A stretch of 64,000 nucleotides of DNA from Thermoproteota archaeon. GTDB taxonomy: Archaea; Korarchaeota; JAOZGF01; JAOZFZ01. Location: NCBI GenBank assembly GCA_027492035.1, contig JAOZFT010000004.1, forward strand, positions 160,001 through 224,000. The letters are read 5' to 3'. The notes beneath the pieces were generated by a model, which saw only the letters and a program-made list of their open reading frames with translations, searched no databases and was not told where the DNA came from. Both the position numbers and the translations under genes were made by a program. This document shows positions 39,694 to 47,780 of the stretch, piece by piece; positions within the stretch are counted from its first letter, which is position 1, and each line of letters opens with the position of its first letter.

Positions 39694-40227
39694 ATGCCAT
39701 TAAGACCAGGTAGGAGTTACAGAAATTATAACGGCCCAGCATTTACCAGACTAGAATATATGAACGTGAAACCTAAATCCAAATTAATGAAGGTCACCAT
39801 GGGAAACCCGAACCGGGACTATGATTACAGAGTAAAATTAGTCGCCAAAGAACAATTACAAATAAGGCATAACGCACTTGAGGCTGCAAGGATGGCTGCA
39901 AACAGGTATTTAACAACAAAAGCAAGCAAGGAATCCTTTTATTTAGTTATGAAAACGATCCCCCACCAGATCCTAAGAGAAAACCCAATACTTAACACAA
40001 CCCATGCTGATAGGTGGCAGGAGGGAATGAGGAAAGCATTTGGGAAAAACATAGGGTTAGCTGCAAGGGTTAAACCCGGTTCAGTAGTGATGGAAGCCAT
40101 GATAAAGGAAGATGCACTGCCAATCGCTAAAGAAGCTCTAAGAAGAGCTGCAAGTAAACTACCTAAAAAATATAAAATAGTAATAGAGAAAATGAATGGA
40201 CAACAGAAAAATGAAAATAAATCTTAA
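39694..40227 (+). CDS. rpl10e: 50S ribosomal protein uL16 (L10e)
   Basis: LRPGRSYR, QIRHNALEAAR, ADRWQEGMRKAFGK, KLP. Confidence 0.97.
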   Translation: MPLRPGRSYRNYNGPAFTRLEYMNVKPKSKLMKVTMGNPNRDYDYRVKLVAKEQLQIRHNALEAARMAANRYLTTKASKESFYLVMKTIPHQILRENPILNTTHADRWQEGMRKAFGKNIGLAARVKPGSVVMEAMIKEDALPIAKEALRRAASKLPKKYKIVIEKMNGQQKNENKS

Positions 40228-41185
40228 CATAGACAAAGTGATAGAAACAATAAAAGAAAAGAAATATAAGGTAATTGCTTTAGAGGGACCTGAAGGCTTA
40301 AAACCGAAAATAAAAGATGTTGCAGAAAAAATTGAGGAAGAAACGGGAGCAACAGTAATTACTGTAGGTGAACCTTGCAGAGGTGCCTGTGACTTAAAAA
40401 ATGAAATTCTACCAAAAAATGTAGAAGCTATTTTCCATTTCGGCCACAAAAAGATGTTAAATACCATTAAAAACGTTTACTACCTAGAAGCAACAATAGA
40501 TTGCCCTAATTGGACAAAGAAAATAGAAAGAGAAATCCAGAAACTTGATGAAACAAAAAGGATAGTTGTTGTAACAACTAGCCCTTACGAGGAGTTAGCT
40601 AAAAAGACAGCAAGATACATCTTAAAAAGAGGAATGAAAATACATACCACAGAAAAGGGGCATCCAACCGTGATAAATGTTTTAGGATGTCAAGTAAAGG
40701 AAATAGAAGGAGTTGATAAAGAAACTGACCTTTATTTATTCATTGGAGACGGAGTTTTCCATCCTTTAGGAGTTGCGCTTAACACAACAAAGAAAGTCTA
40801 CCAAATAGGCCCTGAGGCACCTATATTGAGAAACCTCAGCCAATACAGAAACAAAATACTGAAAAAAAGGCTTTTAGTTATAGAAAAGGCGAGAGAAAAA
40901 AAGAAATTTGGAGTGATACTGGGCCTAAAGCCTGGGCAAAGAAAACTAAAAGAAGCCATGCAAATAAAAGAAAAATTAAAGAAGGCAGGTTACAAAGCAG
41001 TAATTATAGCTTTAGATGAAATAAATCCAGAAAAAATAATTAATTTCCCGGACCTAGAAGCAATAGTTAACACAGCTTGTCCCAGAGTTTCAATTGACGA
41101 CCAACAAAACTTCCACGTACCTGTATTGACAACAAAAGAGGCTGAGTATATGTTAAAGCTCATAGGGAGGTATAAACCATTCTAA
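40196..41185 (+). CDS. dph2: Diphthamide biosynthesis protein Dph2
   Basis: PEGLK, GACD, HFGH, VLGC, FHPLG, KPGQ, TACPRV..DD; start could be ATG 40211. Confidence 0.94.
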   Translation: MDNRKMKINLNIDKVIETIKEKKYKVIALEGPEGLKPKIKDVAEKIEEETGATVITVGEPCRGACDLKNEILPKNVEAIFHFGHKKMLNTIKNVYYLEATIDCPNWTKKIEREIQKLDETKRIVVVTTSPYEELAKKTARYILKRGMKIHTTEKGHPTVINVLGCQVKEIEGVDKETDLYLFIGDGVFHPLGVALNTTKKVYQIGPEAPILRNLSQYRNKILKKRLLVIEKAREKKKFGVILGLKPGQRKLKEAMQIKEKLKKAGYKAVIIALDEINPEKIINFPDLEAIVNTACPRVSIDDQQNFHVPVLTTKEAEYMLKLIGRYKPF

Positions 41186-41811
41186 GAATTAAACCCCTCA
41201 CCCAAAAAAATTTAGAAATAATATTAGAGAAACTGAAAAAACCTGAGAAATTAAACTACAAATTAGAACAATATGTTACGCCTTCAAAATTAGCAGCGGA
41301 CTTGCTTCATTTTGCTTACATGCAGGGGGACATAGAAGGCAGAAAGGTAATCGATTTAGGTTGCGGAAATGGCATATTAAGTATAGGGGCTTGGTTACTT
41401 GGAGCTAAAACAGTTACAGGCGTAGAAATAGATAATAAATTACTTCAATTAGCTATACAAAACAGTAAAGTATTTAAAGCCCAAATAAAATGGCTGAACT
41501 TAGATATAAGGGAGTTAAAAGGAGAGTATGACACAGTTCTCCAGAATCCCCCATTCGGAACAAAGAAAAGATCAACCGACATTTTATTCCTTAAAAAGGC
41601 TTTACAGTTAGGAAAAGTAGTTTATAGCATTCACAAGTCAGGCAATAGGTTATTTATAAGCAAAAAAGCTAGGGAAAACAGAGGAATTGTAACCCATGTT
41701 CTGCAACGTGAAATACAAATACCATGGTGTTATATCTTCCATATAAAACCAAAATACACAGTGGAAGTGGAAGTCTATCGCATAGTCCGGCAAAATCAAG
41801 TCAAATTATAA
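41179..41811 (+). CDS. METTL5-family RNA methyltransferase; non-canonical ATT start
   Basis: DLGCGNG, QNPPFG, YSIH, FH; conserved N-terminal LEIILEKL...LEQYVTP lies upstream of the ORF-track TTG (41302); SD GGGAGGT 7 nt before ATT 41179. Confidence 0.88.
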   Translation: MLRIKPLTQKNLEIILEKLKKPEKLNYKLEQYVTPSKLAADLLHFAYMQGDIEGRKVIDLGCGNGILSIGAWLLGAKTVTGVEIDNKLLQLAIQNSKVFKAQIKWLNLDIRELKGEYDTVLQNPPFGTKKRSTDILFLKKALQLGKVVYSIHKSGNRLFISKKARENRGIVTHVLQREIQIPWCYIFHIKPKYTVEVEVYRIVRQNQVKL

Positions 41812-41860
41812 GGCCTAATTAAAAGATTTATGAAGACGATGAAGAAGAGGTGGTAACGCT

Positions 41861-42463
41861 GTGTTAAAAAAGTACCCAAAAACAGGGGAGTTAGTTATAC
41901 CAGGCGAAAAATTAAGCCCATTGGAAGTTTTCATGCCTGGGGAAAACGTGTACGTGGAAGACGGTTTTATTTATGCAGCCAAAATTGGCAATGTATTACA
42001 GGACTTGAAAAAAAGGAAGGTGTGGGTTTACTCCAGAACAGATAAACCTGCTTTACTCAAACCAGGGGAAATAGTACTAGGTCAAGTGACTCAAATAAAA
42101 GATAAATCCCTTACTGTCAAAATATTTGCTAAGTTAAAACCGAAGAAGACGTTGTTCAAAACCCCTTTCACCGGCGAGATTTACATTGCAAATGCAAAAA
42201 GGGAATTTCTTGAAACAATGAGCCAAGCGTTCACGGTAGGAGATATTATCAAATGCAAAGTGTCTAAAGTTACAGGTTACCTAATAGCTCTAGACACTAA
42301 AGATCCTGATTTAGGAATAGTTTACTCTAGATGCACAAAATGTTACATACCGTTAAAAGCAGTAACAATAAAAAGGAAGCAAATACTTCAATGCCCAAAA
42401 TGTAAGATAATATACCCAAACAAGAAAGTAGCTAGAGATTACGGAAAAATAATCTTGCACTGA
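41861..42463 (+). CDS. csl4: Exosome complex RNA-binding protein Csl4
   Basis: VIPGEKL, S1 domain, DLGIVYSRCTKC..CPKC Zn ribbon; upstream of rpo11. Confidence 0.93.
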   Translation: MLKKYPKTGELVIPGEKLSPLEVFMPGENVYVEDGFIYAAKIGNVLQDLKKRKVWVYSRTDKPALLKPGEIVLGQVTQIKDKSLTVKIFAKLKPKKTLFKTPFTGEIYIANAKREFLETMSQAFTVGDIIKCKVSKVTGYLIALDTKDPDLGIVYSRCTKCYIPLKAVTIKRKQILQCPKCKIIYPNKKVARDYGKIILH

Positions 42464-42478
42464 AAGAAGGCGAAGGAA

Positions 42479-42787
42479 ATGGAAGTAAAAATATTAAACA
42501 AGGAAAAAAACAAATTGAGATTGTTAGTGAAAGGAGAAACTCACACTCTCCTCAATTTAATTGCTGACTATGGGAACAAAGACCCAAAAATAAAGTTCAT
42601 CGGCTACTCAATACCTCATCCATTAAAAACGGAAGCTGAACTAAACCTCCAAACTATAGACGAAGACCCTATCCAAGCGTTAAAAAGACAAGTCTCTAAA
42701 GCAACTATAGATCTAGAGCAACTCCAAAAAGTTTTTAATTCAGTTTTTACAAATAACAAAAGCAAAGAGAAGGGGCCTTCAAAGTGA
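42479..42787 (+). CDS. rpo11: RNA polymerase subunit Rpo11 (L)
   Basis: GETHTLLNL, YSIPHPL. Confidence 0.94.
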   Translation: MEVKILNKEKNKLRLLVKGETHTLLNLIADYGNKDPKIKFIGYSIPHPLKTEAELNLQTIDEDPIQALKRQVSKATIDLEQLQKVFNSVFTNNKSKEKGPSK

Positions 42788-43176
42788 GACACCCAAGAAT
42801 AGCAGTAGATGCAGTAATAATTAACAAGAAAGGAGAGATACTGTTAATAAAAAGGAAAAATGAACCTTATAAAGGCTACTGGGCACTGCCTGGAGGATTT
42901 GTGGAATACGGCGAAAAAGTAGAAGAAGCGTTGAAAAGAGAGATAAAGGAAGAGACAGGCCTAAAAGCAAAGAAAATAGAACTTGTAGGAGTGTATTCCG
43001 ACCCTAAAAGAGACCCAAGGGGACATGTAATAAGTATCGCATATTTAGTGGAAGAAACTGAAGGAAAACCGAAACCAGCTACAGACGCTCAAGACCTAAA
43101 TTTCTTTTCAAAACTGCCGGAAAAAATAGCTTTTGACCATAGAAAAATACTTAAAGACACAATTAGAAAAATTTAA
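42784..43176 (+). CDS. NUDIX hydrolase (ADP-ribose pyrophosphatase-like)
   Basis: Nudix box GGFVEYGEKVEEALKREIKEETG, RDPRGH, AFDH. Confidence 0.93.
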   Translation: MRHPRIAVDAVIINKKGEILLIKRKNEPYKGYWALPGGFVEYGEKVEEALKREIKEETGLKAKKIELVGVYSDPKRDPRGHVISIAYLVEETEGKPKPATDAQDLNFFSKLPEKIAFDHRKILKDTIRKI

Positions 43177-43235
43177 AAGCCACAAAATTCACCAATAGAG
43201 ACCTTAACAAACAAGTAGGAAAAGGGGGGAACTGA

Positions 43236-43556
43236 ATGTTTTGCCCTATTTGTGGAAACCTTTTAATAGCAAAAAGAAAGAACGGAAAAAAAGTTTATAT
43301 CTGTTCACAAGGCCACATAATAGAGAAACTTAACGCAAAAAATTCAGCAACAATTTACCAAGCTAAAGAAGCAGAAAAAAAGGGAACAGTTATAATTGAA
43401 GAAGAGCTTATTGCACAGCCAAAAATAGAAATAGAATGTCCAAGATGCGGAAATAAGGAAGCTTATTGGACATTAGAACAAACAAGGTCAGCTGATGAAG
43501 GAGAGACAAGAATATTTACCTGTACGCGATGCCACTATACTTGGAGGGAATATTAA
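43236..43556 (+). CDS. tfs: Transcription factor S
   Basis: MFCPICG N-terminal ribbon; C-terminal CPRC...QTRSADE...CTRC..TWREY with the acidic pair intact. Confidence 0.95.
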   Translation: MFCPICGNLLIAKRKNGKKVYICSQGHIIEKLNAKNSATIYQAKEAEKKGTVIIEEELIAQPKIEIECPRCGNKEAYWTLEQTRSADEGETRIFTCTRCHYTWREY

Positions 43557-43623
43557 AAAATTGTTAATATAATTTAACTTTCCCTATTGTTTTAAAGAAT
43601 AAAGATAATTTGTAAAAAAGCCT

Positions 43624-44052
43624 TTAAGGTTTCGGCTGAAGTGAAAGCACCTTTTCGTTAAGTCTGTACCTGTACCCAAGCTTATTTTCTCCCCATCTTC
43701 TAATTAATTTACCACTGCTAAAGAAACGGTATAGGTAAGTTGAAGCCACATTTTTTGGGAGTTTCTCCCCAAAAAAATCTAAATAGGCCTCTCTAAGTTC
43801 TCTACTCGTAAACCAAACTTTGCTAAACCTAGAGCAGATGATATACCAAACTCTGTCAGAAGTAGAATTAAATGAAGAAAAGCTGAAGGAAGAAAATTCA
43901 TTAAGTGAAGAATTATCAACACTTGACAATGAAAACTTTGTTAAGAAATCAAGAAGTATGGAAGGATCAACTTTCCCTTCAAGAGACATTTTAATTTCTC
44001 CATTTTCAAACAAATCAAAGATCAATCTAGCTTTCCTTTTCCTTAAATTCAT
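43624..44052 (-). CDS. Origin-adjacent winged-helix protein of unknown function
   Basis: Small N-terminal domain, Ser-rich linker, C-terminal wHTH (FTSRELREAY..FGE.LP...STYL.R....G.L.R...YRY). Confidence 0.75.
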   Translation of the reverse strand: MNLRKRKARLIFDLFENGEIKMSLEGKVDPSILLDFLTKFSLSSVDNSSLNEFSSFSFSSFNSTSDRVWYIICSRFSKVWFTSRELREAYLDFFGEKLPKNVASTYLYRFFSSGKLIRRWGENKLGYRYRLNEKVLSLQPKP

Positions 44053-44076
44053 TGTTTAAAACCCTCGCCTGTATTA

Positions 44077-44489
44077 CATTTCCACTCTTTAATAAAATAT
44101 TAATAATCGGTTTACAAAGGTAAAAAATTTGTGAACTATAACAGAAAGGGAACCAATGTACAGAATAAAAATTTAGCTATTAAATCTTTCATTTCCACTG
44201 AAAAACGATAAGTCATCAACAAAAAGAACTAAAGGAATTAAATTCAAACAATACTGGCAAAACAGAAGAAAATAAAGGTATATGTAATACTTCCTGTATC
44301 CTCCCTCTAAACGCTTTTTAGGTGGAGTTTAGTGGAAATGAAGGGGGGACGTAATAGTAAACTTTCATTTAAATATGTGAATTTTAGTGAACTTTTAACA
44401 TACACACCCCTTTATTTCAGCTGAAATAAATCTTCAATAAATTTTCCGAAGTTCTATTTTCTGCTGGGGTAAAGTTGAGTGGAAATAGA
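44077..44489. other. Putative replication origin (oriC): ORB/mini-ORB repeats around an AT-rich DUE
   Basis: Full ORB GTTTAGTGGAAATGAAGGGGGG (44327-44348, +); inverted ORB TTTCAGCTGAAATAAAGGGG (44407-44426, -); mini-ORBs with AGTGGAAAT at 44077-44087(-), 44186-44203(-), 44474-44489(+); ~78% AT spacer 44349-44406. Confidence 0.8.
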
Positions 44490-44612
44490 TGAAACATACG
44501 TGTGTGCAGGTTTTTCAAACATAAATTATTAAAACCTTTCTGTTTTAAGAGAAGGTAAAGTTTTTAAAAATAAGAGTGAATTTCTCTGTACCTTCTTAAT
44601 TAAGGTGGTTTA

Positions 44613-45710
44613 ATGCGAGAGAAATCGTTGGGAGATCTTCTTGTCGAGATTGAAAAAAGAAGTAAACTCGTTTATGAAACTTATATACTCAGTAGTAAAT
44701 ATAAATCCATTTTTAAGCCGAAAGATATAATGGAAGGTATTCTTCTTTACCCCTCCTATAAGGGAAAGGGATTAAGGCCCGCTGTGCTTCTTTTTGCTTG
44801 TGGCGCAGTGGGAGGGGATGAAAATAAAGCTTTACCTGCAGCTGCTGCTGTAGAACTTTTCCATACTTGGACATTAGTTCATGATGACATAATTGATAGG
44901 GATAAGAAGCGGAGAGGAGGACCTACTGTTCATATATATTTAAGTGACAAAGCAAAAAGAGTTTATGGGTGGGACCCCGAAACTTCCTTACATTATGGAC
45001 TATCACTAGCCATACTAGTTGGAGATACCCAAAAAGGCTGGTCAATAGGGGAGTTAATGTATCTACTTTATAAGGAGAAAGGAGTTAACCCTGTTTTAGT
45101 GCTTGAATTGATCCACAAATTAGATTTTATTACTCTTAACACTTTAGTAGAGGGTGAATCCCTAGATGTTCTTTATTCTAGGAAACCAGTTAATAAACTC
45201 ACCGAAAAAGAAATAATAGACATGTTATGGAGAAAGACAGGGGCCCTTTATAGTTTTTGTGGTGAAGCAGGTGCCATGATAGGATTAAACACTATCTATG
45301 AAAACGAGTTTGTTAAGGCTTTAAGAGATTTCACTGCAAGTTGTGGAATTGCTTTTCAACTTCAGGATGACATTCTAGGGATTGTGGGAGATGAAAATAA
45401 GCTTGGTAAACCTGTTGGTTCTGACATCCGGGAAGGTAAAAGAACGGTTATTTTGTGGTATGCTTACAAGTCTGTGGGTCCATCTGAAAGGAAATTACTG
45501 GAAAAGGTTGTAGGTAACGCCTCAGCAGAGCCGGAGGAAATTCAGGAAGTTGTTGATTTGTTAAAAGAATCAGGAGCTATTGATTACGCCAAAAATTTAG
45601 CTGTGGATTATGTAGAAAATTCTTTACCGAAACTAAATATTCTCCCTGAGACCAAGTACAAGGATCTTTTAATTTCATGGGCTAACTTCTTAATCGAAAG
45701 GAAATTTTAA
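44613..45710 (+). CDS. Polyprenyl (geranylgeranyl) diphosphate synthase
   Basis: GKGLRP, LVHDDIID..KRRG, KTG, FQLQDD, GSDIREGKRT. Confidence 0.94.
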   Translation: MREKSLGDLLVEIEKRSKLVYETYILSSKYKSIFKPKDIMEGILLYPSYKGKGLRPAVLLFACGAVGGDENKALPAAAAVELFHTWTLVHDDIIDRDKKRRGGPTVHIYLSDKAKRVYGWDPETSLHYGLSLAILVGDTQKGWSIGELMYLLYKEKGVNPVLVLELIHKLDFITLNTLVEGESLDVLYSRKPVNKLTEKEIIDMLWRKTGALYSFCGEAGAMIGLNTIYENEFVKALRDFTASCGIAFQLQDDILGIVGDENKLGKPVGSDIREGKRTVILWYAYKSVGPSERKLLEKVVGNASAEPEEIQEVVDLLKESGAIDYAKNLAVDYVENSLPKLNILPETKYKDLLISWANFLIERKF

Positions 45711-47080
45711 CCTCTTCCTAATTTTTCAATTACTCCCTCTGCGGCTATCAACCCGGTTGCACCAGCAGTTACTATTCCTCTAGAAACTCCTGCACCATCC
45801 CCTGCAACAAAAAGGTTCTCAGCCGCCTCCAAATTTTTGTTTGTCACGATTCTATGGGCTGAAAATTTTACTTCGGGTGCATAAAGTAAAGTTGATGCAC
45901 TATTAATCCCGCTAATTACCTTATCTAACATGTTAAGTCCTTCCAGTATATCTGTTAATATTCTATGAGGAAGTACAAGCGCCAAGTCTCCCGGAGTTAC
46001 ATCTGTTAAGGTTGGTTTCACATGATTTGACTTTATTCTTTTCCATGTAGATCTTCTTCCCCTTTCCAAGTCACCAAGTTTCTGTATTATGGGTTTTCCA
46101 CCGCCTAAAATATTTGCTTGTTTAGCTATCTGTCTTCCAAAGGCTGTTGTGTTTTCTACAGGCTCTGTTAACTTAACTCTTACCAAAAAAGCGAAGTTTG
46201 TATTCTCTGATTTCTTCTCATACATTGCGTGTCCATTGACGAGTATAAGTTCATCATAGACTTCCTTAACTACAAAACCTCTTTCATTTACACAAAATGT
46301 CCTTGTAAAGTCGTCATAGGTTCTGGAGTAAATATGGAACTTCGGATCTAAACTTACTTCCGTCACAGGGTCCATTACTAAAGCTGGCACCTCTACACGA
46401 ACTCCTACATCTATAGGTTCAAATTTTTTTTCCAACCCCAGTTTCTCAGCTTGATGAGAAAGCCAATTAGCTCCATATCTCCCAGGGGCAATGACCAAAA
46501 ATTTTGTTTTTATTTTTCCATTAGTGGTTTCTAACAAGTACTGTTTATTTTGCTTTTTTATTTCTAAAACCTTCGTTTTCAGGAGAAACTTAACCCCCTT
46601 TTCTCTGAGATAATTATATATGTTAGAAATAACTTTCACTGAATTATCACTCCCTATGAACCTCTGCCTTATGGGTATAAACTTTATTCCTGCAGCTGCG
46701 GATTTCCTTTCTAAGAATTTTACTTCAGGTCGATCGCCATAAACTTTCCTTGAAGCTCCAAACTTCAAAAAGAAATTATCTACTTCTTTGATGAGGTTCC
46801 ATGCTTTCTTATTTGATCCTGTTAATGCTTCAAGATCCCCTCCTATATCAGGTCTAAGGTTCAATCTCCCAGCTGATATTAAACCCGCCCCACCCACCCC
46901 GGTGAGGATTTTACATGGGTTACATTTAGTGCAAACACTAGTAACTTCTAATGGACATTTACGTTTACTTGGTTCATTCCCATAATCTATCACTAACACT
47001 CCCTTAACTTTGTTTTTAACAAGTCTATAGGCAGCCATCAAACCTGCAGGCCCAGCTCCAATTATTGCCACCTGTTGCAT
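45707..47080 (-). CDS. NAD(P)/FAD-dependent oxidoreductase (COG2509-like)
   Basis: GAGPAG, Cys cluster, GVGGAG, DVGVRVE, NGH, YAPEVKF, GDGAGVSRG. Confidence 0.88.
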   Translation of the reverse strand: MQQVAIIGAGPAGLMAAYRLVKNKVKGVLVIDYGNEPSKRKCPLEVTSVCTKCNPCKILTGVGGAGLISAGRLNLRPDIGGDLEALTGSNKKAWNLIKEVDNFFLKFGASRKVYGDRPEVKFLERKSAAAGIKFIPIRQRFIGSDNSVKVISNIYNYLREKGVKFLLKTKVLEIKKQNKQYLLETTNGKIKTKFLVIAPGRYGANWLSHQAEKLGLEKKFEPIDVGVRVEVPALVMDPVTEVSLDPKFHIYSRTYDDFTRTFCVNERGFVVKEVYDELILVNGHAMYEKKSENTNFAFLVRVKLTEPVENTTAFGRQIAKQANILGGGKPIIQKLGDLERGRRSTWKRIKSNHVKPTLTDVTPGDLALVLPHRILTDILEGLNMLDKVISGINSASTLLYAPEVKFSAHRIVTNKNLEAAENLFVAGDGAGVSRGIVTAGATGLIAAEGVIEKLGRG

Positions 47081-47408
47081 TTACTCTTCCCCATAGTAAA
47101 TAATAATAGAACCACATTATTTTTCAATCTTCAATTTCATGGCATTTCCAAAAACAAAAACCATGGTTCTTCTTTTTAAAAAAGAATATAAATTTGTTTT
47201 ATAGTTAATAAAGGTACAGAGTAACTTAAGAAACAAACCCTTTTAATATAAATTTCCTTTAAAATAATCTTTTTTAGCTTTAGTTTAGAAGTTGCAGTTT
47301 AGGAATTATTCCTTTTTACGTAACCAAGGGTGCTATTTTGTGCTGAGGTCAAAAAAACTTTACATCTATTTGCCAGAACTAAAAAAGAAACTTTATAAGG
47401 TTGGTAGA

Positions 47409-47750
47409 TTGACTTCAAGTCTTAGGTCATCTTTCTTTCAAAGATACGGTTCACGTTTTCAGAAAGCTGTTGAAGCAGTAAGTGAAGGCAATGTTTACAA
47501 GTATATTTTTAAACCTAGTGGAAGAGTTGTTTGGGTGGTGGTGGGAAGAGAAAGGGACTACTTACTTACTTCAGAATCTTTTTGCGGCTGTCCAGACTTC
47601 TACCTTAACGTAATTGTAAGGAAGAGGGTTGATGCATGCTATCACATATTAGCCAAGGTCCTAGCTGAATTTTTAGGAGTTTATAATTTAGTCGAAGCGG
47701 ATGATGAAAGCTACTCCTCTCTAAGGGAAGAATGGAACCATGTAATCTGA
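47409..47750 (+). CDS. SWIM zinc-finger protein
   Basis: WVVVG, CGCPDF...CYHILA; probable TTG start at 47409 after AAGGT. Confidence 0.85.
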   Translation: MTSSLRSSFFQRYGSRFQKAVEAVSEGNVYKYIFKPSGRVVWVVVGRERDYLLTSESFCGCPDFYLNVIVRKRVDACYHILAKVLAEFLGVYNLVEADDESYSSLREEWNHVI

Positions 47751-47780
47751 GGAATTTTAGAAAAAGTAGGAGTTTTTGAA

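Noticed and set aside
47701-47750. ATGATGA ... CTGA at the end of the SWIM gene as a box C/D sRNA
   Set aside because: Explained by DDE codons and the stop codon; internal D'/C' boxes are weak and no target could be verified
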